From positions 1,707,262 to 1,739,261 of the forward strand of contig NZ_AP014821.1 of NCBI RefSeq assembly GCF_001548115.1: DNA of 32,000 nucleotides. Reading direction: 5' to 3'. The stretch comes from Geminocystis sp. NIES-3709 (lineage in GTDB: Bacteria > Cyanobacteriota > Cyanobacteriia > Cyanobacteriales > Cyanobacteriaceae). This document shows positions 1-10,422 of the stretch, piece after piece. Under the pieces are notes generated by a model. The model had not been told where the DNA came from and made no database searches. It saw nothing but the letters and a program-made list of their open reading frames with translations. The position numbers and the translations under genes were made by a program. Each line of letters begins with the position of its first letter. Positions within the stretch are counted from its first letter, which is position 1.

Positions 1-242
1 GCCTCTTTTTTGTTATTTTGTTTTATTATCGTCTTTCTACTTAAATGATACTTATTTTTCAAGTAAAGGTATCAATTTCTTTGTTAAAAATTAATAATCT
101 CCGAATAAATGATCCAATTTTGGTTTCATCAGTTGTAAAACAAAAAACAATTTGATAGAAAATCAAGTATAAAAAGAAGATAAAACAATTATAAAGATAA
201 GGTAATTAAGATTTAAAAATTTGTTTCCTATTTTATTTATTA

Positions 243-1298
243 TTAACGGGCAATTCCTCTTAATTCTTCTGTTTCGATCGGTTTGATTAGATACAAACAA
301 ATTAAGTTCCAGAATATTGCAATTTGTAGAGGCAATTTTTGCAAAAATTTAATGATCGAAGGTGCTGTACTTTCGCTTATATTTGATAATTGTAGGTTAT
401 AGTCGGAACATCTTTCCAAACGAGAGAAAAACTCGGGGTGTTCGGTGTCCAAGATAACAGGAAAGGCTTTAGCTGATGTGTTATTAGTATTTTTGGTAAC
501 GGCTCGATCGTACTCTCTTGCATCTAAACCCACAGATTCGTAAAAATCGGCTCTTTCATGAACTGTTAAAGTATGGGTAGCAAAAACAGACAATAAGAAG
601 AATCTTGACCATAATTTTGCTTTCCATCCCTTCCACATAGAAGATTGCGATCGAAGTAGTGCATTAAAAATATCTCCGTGACGACTTTCATCTTGACACC
701 AATGCTCAAACTTTTTGAAAATGGGATAAAATTGGTATTGAGGATTGCGTTCTAAGTGACGATACATAAGAATATAGCGCCAATAACCTATTTTTTCTGA
801 AAGATAAACAGCATAAATAATCCATTCTGGTTTGAAGAAAGTATAAACTCTATGTTTAGTTAGATAACCTAAATCAAGAGAAATATTAAAATCACTCATT
901 GCCTTGTTAATAAAACCAGCGTGACGAGCCTCATCCCTTGCCATTAAATGAAAAATCTCCGCTAATAAAGGATTACGATCTTTCAATTGACGAGATAATT
1001 CCTTAAAGAGAATAAAACCCGAAAACTCTGAAGTACAAGATCTTTCTAAAAAGTCAACAAAAGCTGTACGAGTCGTTTCGTCAATATTGCTCCAATCTTT
1101 TTCAAAATCTTCATCTCTAACAAAGTGATTACGATTATAGTCATTCTTCATTTCCGCAATCATCGCTTTCAATTCTTCTTCCTGACTAGATAAATCCATA
1201 TTTGCCATCGCTTCAAAATCTGTTGTATAAAATCTTGGGGTTAAAAGGGTTTCTTTGACGGCGGTTTTCTTAATCGGTTTGATAGTTGTTACAGTCAT
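243..1298 (-). CDS. acsF: Mg-protoporphyrin IX monomethyl ester oxidative (aerobic) cyclase, AcsF/CHL27 family
   Basis: The 351-aa ORF has the N-terminal LLTPRFYTTDF motif. It carries two di-iron ExxH motifs (DEARH and DESRH) characteristic of AcsF/ChlA. Confidence 0.95.
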   Translation of the reverse strand: MTVTTIKPIKKTAVKETLLTPRFYTTDFEAMANMDLSSQEEELKAMIAEMKNDYNRNHFVRDEDFEKDWSNIDETTRTAFVDFLERSCTSEFSGFILFKELSRQLKDRNPLLAEIFHLMARDEARHAGFINKAMSDFNISLDLGYLTKHRVYTFFKPEWIIYAVYLSEKIGYWRYILMYRHLERNPQYQFYPIFKKFEHWCQDESRHGDIFNALLRSQSSMWKGWKAKLWSRFFLLSVFATHTLTVHERADFYESVGLDAREYDRAVTKNTNNTSAKAFPVILDTEHPEFFSRLERCSDYNLQLSNISESTAPSIIKFLQKLPLQIAIFWNLICLYLIKPIETEELRGIAR

Positions 1299-1593
1299 TT
1301 TTATTTATCACTTAATCGCTATATTTCTTTTTATTATTTTAATTATAAGGAGAATAATCAGCAAGAATCTTTACATTACTTAACTTTTTTCTATCTATCT
1401 TTTGTTTATTAAATAACTTTGCTCATTGCTGATAAAACTAATGAAATTCATTTATTTTTTTTGATAAGAGAATTCTTCAAATTGTATTTTTACTAATATT
1501 GTAAAGTTTTAATAAGTTATCTTGGCAATAAACGATTAATCGCTATAGAGTAATTTATATAAACCTTAACAAAATCACTATTAAAATAAATTG

Positions 1594-2622
1594 ATGACGG
1601 TATTAACTCAAGAAAAAATAGGAATCCAAAACAATTTACTCCCTAGTAATTCCAGAAAAAAAGCCAGAGAATTTGTTAAAACATTACAGGATAAAATTTG
1701 TCAAGGCTTAGAAGCAGTAGATGGAAAAGCTAAATTTCATGAAGACAATTGGCAAAGAGAAGAAGGTGGGGGAGGACGCACAAGAGTAATTCGTGATGGT
1801 GACGTTTTTGAACAAGGAGGTGTTAACTTTTCTGAAGTTTGGGGAGATACTTTACCACCTTCCATTTTAGTACAACGTCCCGAGGCCGCAGGTCATGGTT
1901 TTTACGCTACGGGTACATCTATGGTATTACACCCTAAAAATCCCTATGTACCTACTGTACACCTCAATTATCGTTACTTTGAAGCAGGTTCTGTATGGTG
2001 GTTTGGCGGTGGTGCAGATTTAACTCCTTACTATGGTTTTGAAGAAGATGCAATTCATTTTCATCAAACTTTAAAACAAGCCTGTGACAAGCATAATCCT
2101 GAATATTACCCTACTTTTAAACGTTGGTGTGATGAATATTTTTACTTAAAACATCGTCAGGAAGCTAGAGGTATTGGTGGTATTTTCTTTGATTATTTAG
2201 ACGATCGAGGTATCCTTTATGGCGGTTCAGATCATACTGGTTTAGCTCATCAGTATAGCGAAAAAGTGGGTCGTGTGTCTCATTCGTGGGAAGATTTATT
2301 TAATTTTGCTCAAAGTTGTGGTGATGCCTTTTTACCTTCTTATATTCCTATTGTCGAACGTCGTAATAACATAGAATATGGAGACAGAGAACGACAGTTT
2401 CAATTATATCGCCGAGGACGTTATGTAGAATTTAATTTAGTGTACGATCGAGGTACTATTTTTGGATTGCAAACGAATGGACGTACAGAGTCTATTTTAA
2501 TGTCTTTACCACCTCTTACTCGTTGGGAATATGGTTATACTCCATCAGAGGGAAGCCCAGAAGCAAAATTGACAGAGTATTTCTTACAACCCCAAGAATG
2601 GGCAAAAATTAACGAAAAATGA
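1594..2622 (+). CDS. hemF: Oxygen-dependent coproporphyrinogen III oxidase
   Basis: Family signatures are [15 protein letters not shown] and [18 protein letters not shown]. The ORF opens at TTG 1591, but ATG 1594 is the likelier start. Confidence 0.95.
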   Translation: MTVLTQEKIGIQNNLLPSNSRKKAREFVKTLQDKICQGLEAVDGKAKFHEDNWQREEGGGGRTRVIRDGDVFEQGGVNFSEVWGDTLPPSILVQRPEAAGHGFYATGTSMVLHPKNPYVPTVHLNYRYFEAGSVWWFGGGADLTPYYGFEEDAIHFHQTLKQACDKHNPEYYPTFKRWCDEYFYLKHRQEARGIGGIFFDYLDDRGILYGGSDHTGLAHQYSEKVGRVSHSWEDLFNFAQSCGDAFLPSYIPIVERRNNIEYGDRERQFQLYRRGRYVEFNLVYDRGTIFGLQTNGRTESILMSLPPLTRWEYGYTPSEGSPEAKLTEYFLQPQEWAKINEK

Positions 2623-2737
2623 GAAATTAGGTATAAACTCAAACCCATAAAAGTTGCATAATTTAATATGAGTAAAAATTGATAAAACTCTTATTTTTTG
2701 CCTTTTGCCTATCTTTACCATTTTACTTAAATACTTT

Positions 2738-3133
2738 TCAGCTCAATAATTGACGACGTTTTTGTTCAAATTCATACTCAGAAATTAAACCCTCTTGACG
2801 CAATTTTTCTAATTCCCTGATAGCTGTAGCAATTTCTGTTACCTGTTGGGGATTCCCTGTTATTTGGGGTGTTGTTTCTGTTATGGAGTTAAATCCTAGA
2901 TTCAATAAATCAAAGTTTTGGGTTAAATACAATACAACATCGATCGCACAAGCAATACGAGCTATCGGACTTTGCCAACTAAGCAAAAAATAAATTACTC
3001 CCCATAGGGGTTGTCCTAGATAAAATTTGTGTAAGCCAACTAAAGGAGTGAAACTACCAATTAAAGCCAAAATAATTGCCAATGTCTTTTTTTTTGGTTG
3101 ATTCAACAAGTCAGTAATTTTAGATGCCATCAT
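2738..3133 (-). CDS. TM2-domain membrane protein with a C-terminal SHOCT-like short domain
   Basis: There are two predicted TM helices with a GLHKFYLGQ TM2-type motif. The C-terminal LISEYEFEQKRRQLL resembles a SHOCT domain. Confidence 0.6.
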   Translation of the reverse strand: MMASKITDLLNQPKKKTLAIILALIGSFTPLVGLHKFYLGQPLWGVIYFLLSWQSPIARIACAIDVVLYLTQNFDLLNLGFNSITETTPQITGNPQQVTEIATAIRELEKLRQEGLISEYEFEQKRRQLLS

Positions 3134-3251
3134 ATTTCGAGTTTACGGAAATCCGTATTTAAAAGACAATCTTGACGATTTTATAATTATGTTAGGTTAA
3201 ATTTAAAAGTTTTATTTTATATAATATATATACTGTGGTAAAGAGGTAGAA

Positions 3252-3563
3252 ATGGGATTTTTTGATTCAGAAGTCGTACAACAAGAAGCTAAACAGTTAT
3301 TTGAAGATTATCAATCATTAACAAAATTAGGTAGTGAATTTGGTAAGTTCGATCGAGAAGGTAAAAAAATCTTTATCGATAAAATGGAAAATATGATGGA
3401 ACGTTATCGTATTTTTATGAAAAGATTTGAACTGTCAGAAGATTTTATGGCTAGAATGACGATCGAACAGCTAAAAACCCAATTAAATCAATTTGGTACA
3501 ACCCCCGAACAAATGTTTCAACAAATGCACTTAACCTTAGAGAGAATGAAACAAGACATTTAG
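3252..3563 (+). CDS. Conserved cyanobacterial protein, DUF1825-like
   Basis: This 103-aa ORF contains GKFDREGKK and RYRIFMKRFELSEDF blocks that I recall from the DUF1825 family. A purine-rich stretch precedes the ATG. Confidence 0.55.
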   Translation: MGFFDSEVVQQEAKQLFEDYQSLTKLGSEFGKFDREGKKIFIDKMENMMERYRIFMKRFELSEDFMARMTIEQLKTQLNQFGTTPEQMFQQMHLTLERMKQDI

Positions 3564-3690
3564 AATTAGGGAGAAAACTAATTTATAAGTTCGGTTTTAC
3601 TCAACCACATTAACCAATCAAATTGATACATTGTAATTATTCGATTAATTATTTTTTAGTGCTGATATTGACAATATAAGGAGAAAAACA

Positions 3691-4053
3691 GTGAATTACA
3701 GATCCAACCAAAATAATAAGTTTTTTAATCAGTCTGAAGGGGATAATAATTTTTTAGAATATCTGCAATCTTTAAGTCCAGATACTATTAATCAACTTTC
3801 TAAACCTCAATCTCAGGAGGTGTTTCAAGTAATGGAACGTAATATTATGGGGATGTTGGGTAATTTACCTTCGGAACATTTTGGAGTGATGGTTAGTACT
3901 AATAGAGAAAATTTGGGACGTTTATTAGCTTCTGCCATGATGAGTGGTTATTTCTTGAGAAACGCAGAACAAAGAATGGATTTTGAAAAGGCTTTATCCG
4001 CTGGCGATAATTACCACGAATACCCAGATTCTTCTTATCATGAGGAAAGTTAA
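3691..4053 (+). CDS. DUF760 family protein
   Basis: The block NLGRLLASAMMSGYFLRNAEQR is typical of DUF760 proteins of cyanobacteria and plastids. The start is GTG with AAGGAG 8 nt upstream. Confidence 0.65.
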   Translation: MNYRSNQNNKFFNQSEGDNNFLEYLQSLSPDTINQLSKPQSQEVFQVMERNIMGMLGNLPSEHFGVMVSTNRENLGRLLASAMMSGYFLRNAEQRMDFEKALSAGDNYHEYPDSSYHEES

Positions 4054-4130
4054 AATGGAAAATTTTAATAACACCCTTGCTCAAATTATTCTTTAAGGAA
4101 GTCTAATTTTTTGATTTATTTTTATTGTGA

Positions 4131-4589
4131 ATGTTTCGTTTAGCTGTAGAAACTGATTTTGAGATTTTAAGAATAATCTATCGTGATACTGTCCAAAAAT
4201 TAGCTCCTAGTTTATATTCTCCAGATCAAGTTATAGCTTGGTCATCTTCCCCTGATAATATTCCTAAGTTTTATAATTTTATTTTTAATGCTAATACTTA
4301 TTTACTAGAAGAAAAAGGGAAAATAATCGGTTTTTGTGGTTTAAAATCTGATGGACACATTACCTCATTTTATATTCATCCGGATTTTACTCGTCAAGGT
4401 TATGGTACTCAATTATTAACTTATGTGGTAGAAAAAGGCATAACCCAAGGAATTTTAAGATTCTACACAGAGGCAAGTTTTTTTTCTGAACCTGTTTTTT
4501 CCCGTTGTGGTTTTAGTATTGTGGGAATGGAGACAGTGAAATATGGAGATGTTTCTTTCGATCGATATAAAATGGAGAAAGTAACTTAA
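4131..4589 (+). CDS. GNAT family N-acetyltransferase
   Basis: This 152-aa ORF has the acetyl-CoA-binding motif RQGYGTQLL and a GNAT-like size and layout. Confidence 0.8.
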   Translation: MFRLAVETDFEILRIIYRDTVQKLAPSLYSPDQVIAWSSSPDNIPKFYNFIFNANTYLLEEKGKIIGFCGLKSDGHITSFYIHPDFTRQGYGTQLLTYVVEKGITQGILRFYTEASFFSEPVFSRCGFSIVGMETVKYGDVSFDRYKMEKVT

Positions 4590-4603
4590 TCAGGACAAGA
4601 TTA

Positions 4604-5179
4604 ATGAGTGAAAGTAGTTTTAAAGCATTCACCGAAGAGTTAAAAAACCAGTTTTCAATTATTGGTACTTTTATCGCTATTCTTTGGATTGTAGAAATTG
4701 TTGATCAATATTTTTTCAATGCCCGTCTCGATTATTTTGGTATAATTCCCAGAACAGTAGTCGGTTTAAGAGGTATAATTCTAGCACCCTTTCTTCATGC
4801 AGATTTTACTCATCTTATTGCTAATACTCTTCCTTTTGCTGTATTAGGATGGTTGGTGATGTTGCAAAACACCAAAGATTTTTATACAGTAACTTTATAT
4901 TCGATCGTTGTAAGTGGTTTAGGTGTATGGTTATTTGCTAATCCCAATTCTATTACTGTTGGTGCTAGTGGTGTAATTTTTGGGTATTTAGGTTTTTTGT
5001 TACTGAGAGGTTATTTTCAAAAAAATACTCCCTCGATCGCGCTATCCTTAATAGTTGTGTTTCTCTATGGTGGCATGATTTGGGGGGTATTGCCTTCTAA
5101 TCCTCATGTCTCATGGTTGGGGCATTTATTCGGTTTTATCGGTGGAATCTTCGCCGCTAAAGAGATTTCGGGAAAATAA
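4604..5179 (+). CDS. Rhomboid family intramembrane serine protease
   Basis: The protein is polytopic. It has the GASGVIFG catalytic-Ser motif and a downstream GHLFGFIGG His motif. Confidence 0.85.
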   Translation: MSESSFKAFTEELKNQFSIIGTFIAILWIVEIVDQYFFNARLDYFGIIPRTVVGLRGIILAPFLHADFTHLIANTLPFAVLGWLVMLQNTKDFYTVTLYSIVVSGLGVWLFANPNSITVGASGVIFGYLGFLLLRGYFQKNTPSIALSLIVVFLYGGMIWGVLPSNPHVSWLGHLFGFIGGIFAAKEISGK

Positions 5180-5211
5180 ATAAAATAATAAATTTAATTA
5201 TTTACTAATTT

Positions 5212-5910
5212 GTGTTTACAGGATTAATACAGGGAATTGGTAATATCAAGGCTTTGGGGAATGATTTATTCGCCATTGACATCGATAAAAATGCTCAAGA
5301 TTCAATTTGTACAGATTTAGCTATCGGTGATAGTGTTGCTGTTGATGGTATTTGTTTAACCGTGGAAAAAATTGTTTCTGGAGGTTTTGTAGCTACGGCA
5401 TCTCCTGAAACCTTACAACGTACTACTTTAAGTGAAAGTACTAAAAAAAATAGAAAAGTCAACCTCGAAACTTCTTTGCGGGTAGGTAGTAAAATAGGAG
5501 GACATTTTGTTAGTGGTCATGTGGATGGTATTGGTTGTTTATTAGAATCCGTAAATAGTCAAAAAGCGTGGGAAATGACTTTTTTTGCCCCTTCACACCT
5601 TGAAAATCAATGGAATAGTTATATTTCACCTTACATTGTTTCTAAGGCTAGTATTGCGGTTAATGGTATTAGTTTAACTATTGCGGAATGCGAGCGAGAC
5701 GGAAAATGGTTTAAAGTAGCTGTTATCCCTCATACCTACGCACAAACAAATCTATCCTTACTAAAATCAGGAGATGAAGTTAACTTAGAAAGTGACATAT
5801 TAGGAAAATATGTGGACAGATTAATTAGTCATCGTCTTGATAAAAAGTCCCCTCAAGAAAATATAACCTTAGATTTTTTGTTAGAAAATGGGTATAGCAA
5901 TTTTATCTAA
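5212..5910 (+). CDS. ribE: Riboflavin synthase alpha chain
   Basis: The N-terminus is the canonical MFTGLIQGIG, read from a GTG start. Two lumazine-binding repeats are present (VAVDGICLTV and IAVNGISLTI). Confidence 0.93.
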   Translation: MFTGLIQGIGNIKALGNDLFAIDIDKNAQDSICTDLAIGDSVAVDGICLTVEKIVSGGFVATASPETLQRTTLSESTKKNRKVNLETSLRVGSKIGGHFVSGHVDGIGCLLESVNSQKAWEMTFFAPSHLENQWNSYISPYIVSKASIAVNGISLTIAECERDGKWFKVAVIPHTYAQTNLSLLKSGDEVNLESDILGKYVDRLISHRLDKKSPQENITLDFLLENGYSNFI

Positions 5911-5947
5911 GTTGTAAGATTTTGATTGAGTCAAATTAATATTAAAT

Positions 5948-6757
5948 TTATCCCCCTAAATAAGCCTCTAAAACCCTTTCATCACTTTGTATTTTATCAG
6001 GAGTACCATCAGCTAAATTAGTTCCTTCTGCAAGTACCCAAACATGACTACAAAGAGACATGATCATATCCATATTATGTTCAATGATGAGAAAAGAAAT
6101 TCCCTGTTGATTCCAATTGACGATATGTTCGCAAATTTGATTAATAAGTGTCGGATTAACTCCTGCGGCCGGCTCATCCAGTAAAATTAATTTAGGATTC
6201 GTCATTAAAGTTCTTGCCATTTCTAAGAGTTTTCGTTGTCCTCCTGATAATGCACCGGCATAATCATAGGCTTTTTCTGCTAATCCTACGGATTCTAATA
6301 TGTTCATAGCTTTAGCTCGATTTTCTTTTTCCTCTTGGCGGATTTTACCCTGATTCACTATTACGGATAATAAATTTTCACCTGTTTGATTTTGTCTGCC
6401 AAGCAACATATTTTCTAACACGGTTAAACGGGATAATACTCTAGCTACTTGGAATGTGCGAATAAAACCCTGTCTAGCTATTTGATGAGGATTTAAGTTT
6501 TCAATCGGTTTGCCGTCAAATAAAACTTTTCCTGTGTCAGCTTTTAAAAAATTAGATAATAAATTGAATAGGGTACTTTTTCCTGCACCATTCGGACCTA
6601 TTAAGCCCGTTATACTGTTATATTTTACTTCTATACTGGCATTGTTCACCGCTTTTAAGCCTCCAAAACTCTTGGATAGATTGTTAGCCATGAGAATAGA
6701 GTCAGATAATCTCGATCGATTTTGTTGCTCCATCGGTTCTATACTAAGAGAAGTCAT
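5948..6757 (-). CDS. ABC transporter ATP-binding protein, LivG/NatA-like (branched-chain or neutral amino-acid uptake family)
   Basis: It has Walker A GPNGAGKST, signature LSGGQRKLLE and Walker B LILLDEP. The LivG-type N-terminal extension is present. No permease gene is adjacent. Confidence 0.85.
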   Translation of the reverse strand: MTSLSIEPMEQQNRSRLSDSILMANNLSKSFGGLKAVNNASIEVKYNSITGLIGPNGAGKSTLFNLLSNFLKADTGKVLFDGKPIENLNPHQIARQGFIRTFQVARVLSRLTVLENMLLGRQNQTGENLLSVIVNQGKIRQEEKENRAKAMNILESVGLAEKAYDYAGALSGGQRKLLEMARTLMTNPKLILLDEPAAGVNPTLINQICEHIVNWNQQGISFLIIEHNMDMIMSLCSHVWVLAEGTNLADGTPDKIQSDERVLEAYLGG

Positions 6758-7250
6758 AATTTATACTATAAAATTATCGTAAATCATAAAAAATAAATAT
6801 TTAGCTAATAAAATAATCGATCGCTAAAATTAGGATCGGTATTAATTTTTTTTATTGGTTTTCATTGTGCCATAGAAATTCACGAAAATAAAATTTTATC
6901 TTGAAAAACTTTGTTATTATTTGAGCTCAAAGTTAATATATTGAGCCATCATGAAAATATGCTATTATAATTACAGGTTAATAGTTGCGACTAAAATCTT
7001 GAAAGACAAGAATTTCTTATCGAGTTTTGTCTTACATGACTTAACCTCATTGTTAGGGGTGATGCACCTCATAACAGTTTTTTTCCTTTTTTCCCCTAGT
7101 GTTACGATCGTAAGGTTGAAAACCTGAGATATATTGATTAAGTAACCTAAAAAAAGATCGGAAAGAATACCTTATAGACTTTTAGTCAGGGTAATTGTCA
7201 AGATTAAGGTAACTATTGTTTAAAGATTAACCATAAAGGGATCAAGATTT

Positions 7251-8846
7251 GTGTTATATCTGGCAGAAGTAAAAAGTCAAAATAGAGGATTCGTTGGTGG
7301 CTTTAAAACAGAGCTAAAACTATTGGCTTCTCAAGGAACGGATCAAACGTGGAATGCAGTGGCAGGAGAAGAAATTGTCATTAGTGATACCATTGCAGAT
7401 CAAACGGGGAAAGGAACTCTTTATATTCTCAATGTAGATAATAATAAACAAATACAGGGTTCTCCTGAATTGGCAGGAAATCGTGTTGTTAACTATCTCC
7501 GTCATCTTTCTCGCACTCTAGAAAAATCCAAAGAGCAAGAAACAGAAATTGAAGAATGGAAAACTTCCTTAAAAATACAAGGAGAGGAAATAGCGAGAAG
7601 ACAAGCAGAGTTAGATCAAGTACAACAGCTATTACAACAGCAACAAGATGAATTCGCTCAGTTAGAAAAAGAAAAAGAAAATTTGAGTGGAGCATGGGAA
7701 CAATTAAGAGAACAACAACGCTTAATTGCTCAAAATCAGGCTGTAAAAGTAGAAATGCAAAGTAAATTAAATTCTATTTTAGGAGATGTTGGTGATGCTT
7801 CTTTAGGGAGAAATAATCTACAACAGATTTCTTTTAGTGTTGATAATCAACAGAAGTTGTTGGATGATTATTGGCAAAGTGTGAACTCAATAAAAAGTTC
7901 TTTAGAACAAAAACAAGTAGAATTAACACAGAAAAAACAAAATATTGAACAACGCCGCCAAGAGGTACAGTCTTTACAAAATAACTTACAAAAAGCGATC
8001 ATTGGTTTACAATCAGATCAAAGTTTGTTAAGGGAAAAAGAAACCTCTTTACGACAACTCAATACATATTTAGATGCGATCGCTAGATTAGACCAGGAAG
8101 TTTCTTTCTTGGCTGATGATGTCGATGATATGGATATAGATTTTCAAGGCTTAGAAAGTATGCCTTTAGGAAATTTAGAAGAAATAGTGAACAAGATACA
8201 ACAAGAGACAGCAAAACTGGTTAATTTTGTCAACTTACAAGAAGAAGAATTGACTTTACAAGCCAATGAAGTAAAAGAAGTTCAAAGCAAACTGGATCAA
8301 GCTACAGACGTTGATAAATTTTCTTTAGAAACAGAATTAGCTGACGCACAAGAAGCAATGAAGTTGTTAAATGAGACTTTAGTAGGACAAAGAAGAACTT
8401 TAAAGAAACAACAAAAAATGCTTAATGAACATTTCAAAATTTTGAGTCGTCGTAAAGGAGTAATGGACGTGGACTTTGCCGAAACGGTTAATCTTAGACC
8501 AATGTTAGGAGAAATTGAAACTCAACGGAGTTTAATTCAACATAATAGGGATAAACTTGCTCAAGAAGTCAATGTTTTAAGACAAAGTACTACTCAAATT
8601 GAACAAAGTGTTTCCGTACAAAAACAACAGTATGACGAACAATTTAATCAATTTCAACAAGAGGAAGAAGGATATTTGCAATTGTATAAAGAAGTAGCTC
8701 AAATTGAATCTCAAATGAAGTTTTTAGAGCAGGGTTTACATCCCATTCAAGAACAATTAAACAATATTCGTAATAGTATGCAAGGGTTGGAACAATTTAA
8801 CCAAAAATTTACCCATGTTATAGATGAATTGCGATCGATGTTTTAA
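7251..8846 (+). CDS. hmpF: Long coiled-coil protein, HmpF-like (pilus motility/taxis protein)
   Basis: The GTG start gives MLYLAEVKSQNRGF...ELKLLA, an N-terminus I recall as typical of cyanobacterial HmpF. The remaining ~450 aa are Q/E/L/K-rich heptad-like coiled coil. Confidence 0.55.
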   Translation: MLYLAEVKSQNRGFVGGFKTELKLLASQGTDQTWNAVAGEEIVISDTIADQTGKGTLYILNVDNNKQIQGSPELAGNRVVNYLRHLSRTLEKSKEQETEIEEWKTSLKIQGEEIARRQAELDQVQQLLQQQQDEFAQLEKEKENLSGAWEQLREQQRLIAQNQAVKVEMQSKLNSILGDVGDASLGRNNLQQISFSVDNQQKLLDDYWQSVNSIKSSLEQKQVELTQKKQNIEQRRQEVQSLQNNLQKAIIGLQSDQSLLREKETSLRQLNTYLDAIARLDQEVSFLADDVDDMDIDFQGLESMPLGNLEEIVNKIQQETAKLVNFVNLQEEELTLQANEVKEVQSKLDQATDVDKFSLETELADAQEAMKLLNETLVGQRRTLKKQQKMLNEHFKILSRRKGVMDVDFAETVNLRPMLGEIETQRSLIQHNRDKLAQEVNVLRQSTTQIEQSVSVQKQQYDEQFNQFQQEEEGYLQLYKEVAQIESQMKFLEQGLHPIQEQLNNIRNSMQGLEQFNQKFTHVIDELRSMF

Positions 8847-8919
8847 ATGGACTTGTTTGTAATTACTTTAGAATCGGAAATCCTATTTAATTCTCTTTGA
8901 TATTTGTAGTTGGTATTTA

Positions 8920-9336
8920 TTACATTACTAATATATCATTAGGGTCAGGAGAAGTTGTAAAAACAATATAAATAATTCCTGTACCTAAAAGAGTGATCGC
9001 CAAACTAAATAGAATTACCCATCGATCTGGTGGTTCATATGTATCTTCTTCAATATCACGACGGACAATAAAATATTGCATTGTAGAGAGTAAAACTGTA
9101 AGTAAGCCCACCACAGAAAAAACTAAACCCATTTTCCAACCAATACCGGGGCGGGGTAATTCGGGAGGATGAAAAGCACGAAGACGCAAGATTACCACCC
9201 CAAAGCCCATTAATCCTACAGAAGTGCGCATCCAAGCTAAGTAAGTTCGTTCGTTTGCTAAATGATCTCTGGTGCGAGAGGGGTTTAATTTTTTTGCAGT
9301 AGCTGAGGTTTCTTTTGTCGGCTTGGTAAACAACAT
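8920..9336 (-). CDS. DUF202 (YidH-like) membrane protein
   Basis: It has the LANERTYLAWMRT signature followed by three TM helices. Confidence 0.75.
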   Translation of the reverse strand: MLFTKPTKETSATAKKLNPSRTRDHLANERTYLAWMRTSVGLMGFGVVILRLRAFHPPELPRPGIGWKMGLVFSVVGLLTVLLSTMQYFIVRRDIEEDTYEPPDRWVILFSLAITLLGTGIIYIVFTTSPDPNDILVM

Positions 9337-9495
9337 GATATTTATATATTGTATTTAGTTCATCTAAAGAATTAGAAGAAAATTTCTCGCAAAGACGTAA
9401 AAAGGACTATTTTAGCCCTAAATTGTGGTATCAAGGGAGCAAATGCGTAAATCAAGACAAAGTTTTTTATAAGTCATTTTTGTCTATCTTTGAGT

Positions 9496-10188
9496 TTAGT
9501 CTTCTTCTGAAAGTCGATTTTGTTCGAGATTGATAGCCCATAAATAACTAACTATTAAGGCTAACGATGATAACCAGAGATTTTCTTGAACAATATAAAC
9601 TCCTAAACCAATTAAAACACAAGGTACGAGGCTATTTCCATAACTCGTTAAAAGATCAGAAATGGCATTTATATTCGTTAATTTATAAGCAATTAAACAC
9701 CATACTGCTACTAATACGAAAAAAGTTATTACCGTAATCAATAAATCTTGAACAGTAGTACTAGCGAATAAAGGTAGATAAACACTAATATTATCACTCC
9801 CATTGGCGATCGTTACTGCCGCTACCCCATAAACTTGAGGAGAAAGAAAACGAGTTAACCAGTTAGAATTATCATGATTTATCGACAAATTTTCTGTTTT
9901 ATCAGAATCTGATTGTCCCATGTTATAAAGATAAATTATTCCTAAAATCACTGGGATAACTCCTAAACTTTTGAGGAAATGAGTTGGAAGGAAAAAAGTC
10001 CCAAAAAATCCCGGTAAACTAGCTAAAACTAACAAGATAAACCCTAAATATTGACCCATAATAATTTGCCGACGACGAAATAATACATTTACTTGAGCAA
10101 AAAATAAGGTCAAAATCATAATGTCATCAAGATTCGTAACAGTAAAAGTGGCGATCGCTTTAATAATAGCGGTAATAAAATCTGTCAT
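9496..10188 (-). CDS. CadD-family (cadmium-resistance-type) transporter
   Basis: The protein is polytopic with an N-terminal TVTNLDDIMILTLFFAQ motif typical of the CadD family. The ORF extends to 10212, but ATG at 10188 preceded by GAAGGA is the likelier start. Confidence 0.65.
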   Translation of the reverse strand: MTDFITAIIKAIATFTVTNLDDIMILTLFFAQVNVLFRRRQIIMGQYLGFILLVLASLPGFFGTFFLPTHFLKSLGVIPVILGIIYLYNMGQSDSDKTENLSINHDNSNWLTRFLSPQVYGVAAVTIANGSDNISVYLPLFASTTVQDLLITVITFFVLVAVWCLIAYKLTNINAISDLLTSYGNSLVPCVLIGLGVYIVQENLWLSSLALIVSYLWAINLEQNRLSEED

Positions 10189-10422
10189 AGTTATTCCTTC
10201 ATTGAAGATCAATAAGTTTAATTCTTCTTTTCTTCACTGTAGAAGGGATAATCCATAAAAATCAAACGGTTTTTTTTGTTCAACCCATAAATAAAAATGA
10301 TAATTAAATAATGTAGATTGAACATTTCAAGTTATTTTTTGGTAAAAACAATACCCAAAATGATACAATCCCAAAAATATTAAAGATGAAAGTAAATACA
10401 TTTTAAAATAAAATGTGCAAAA

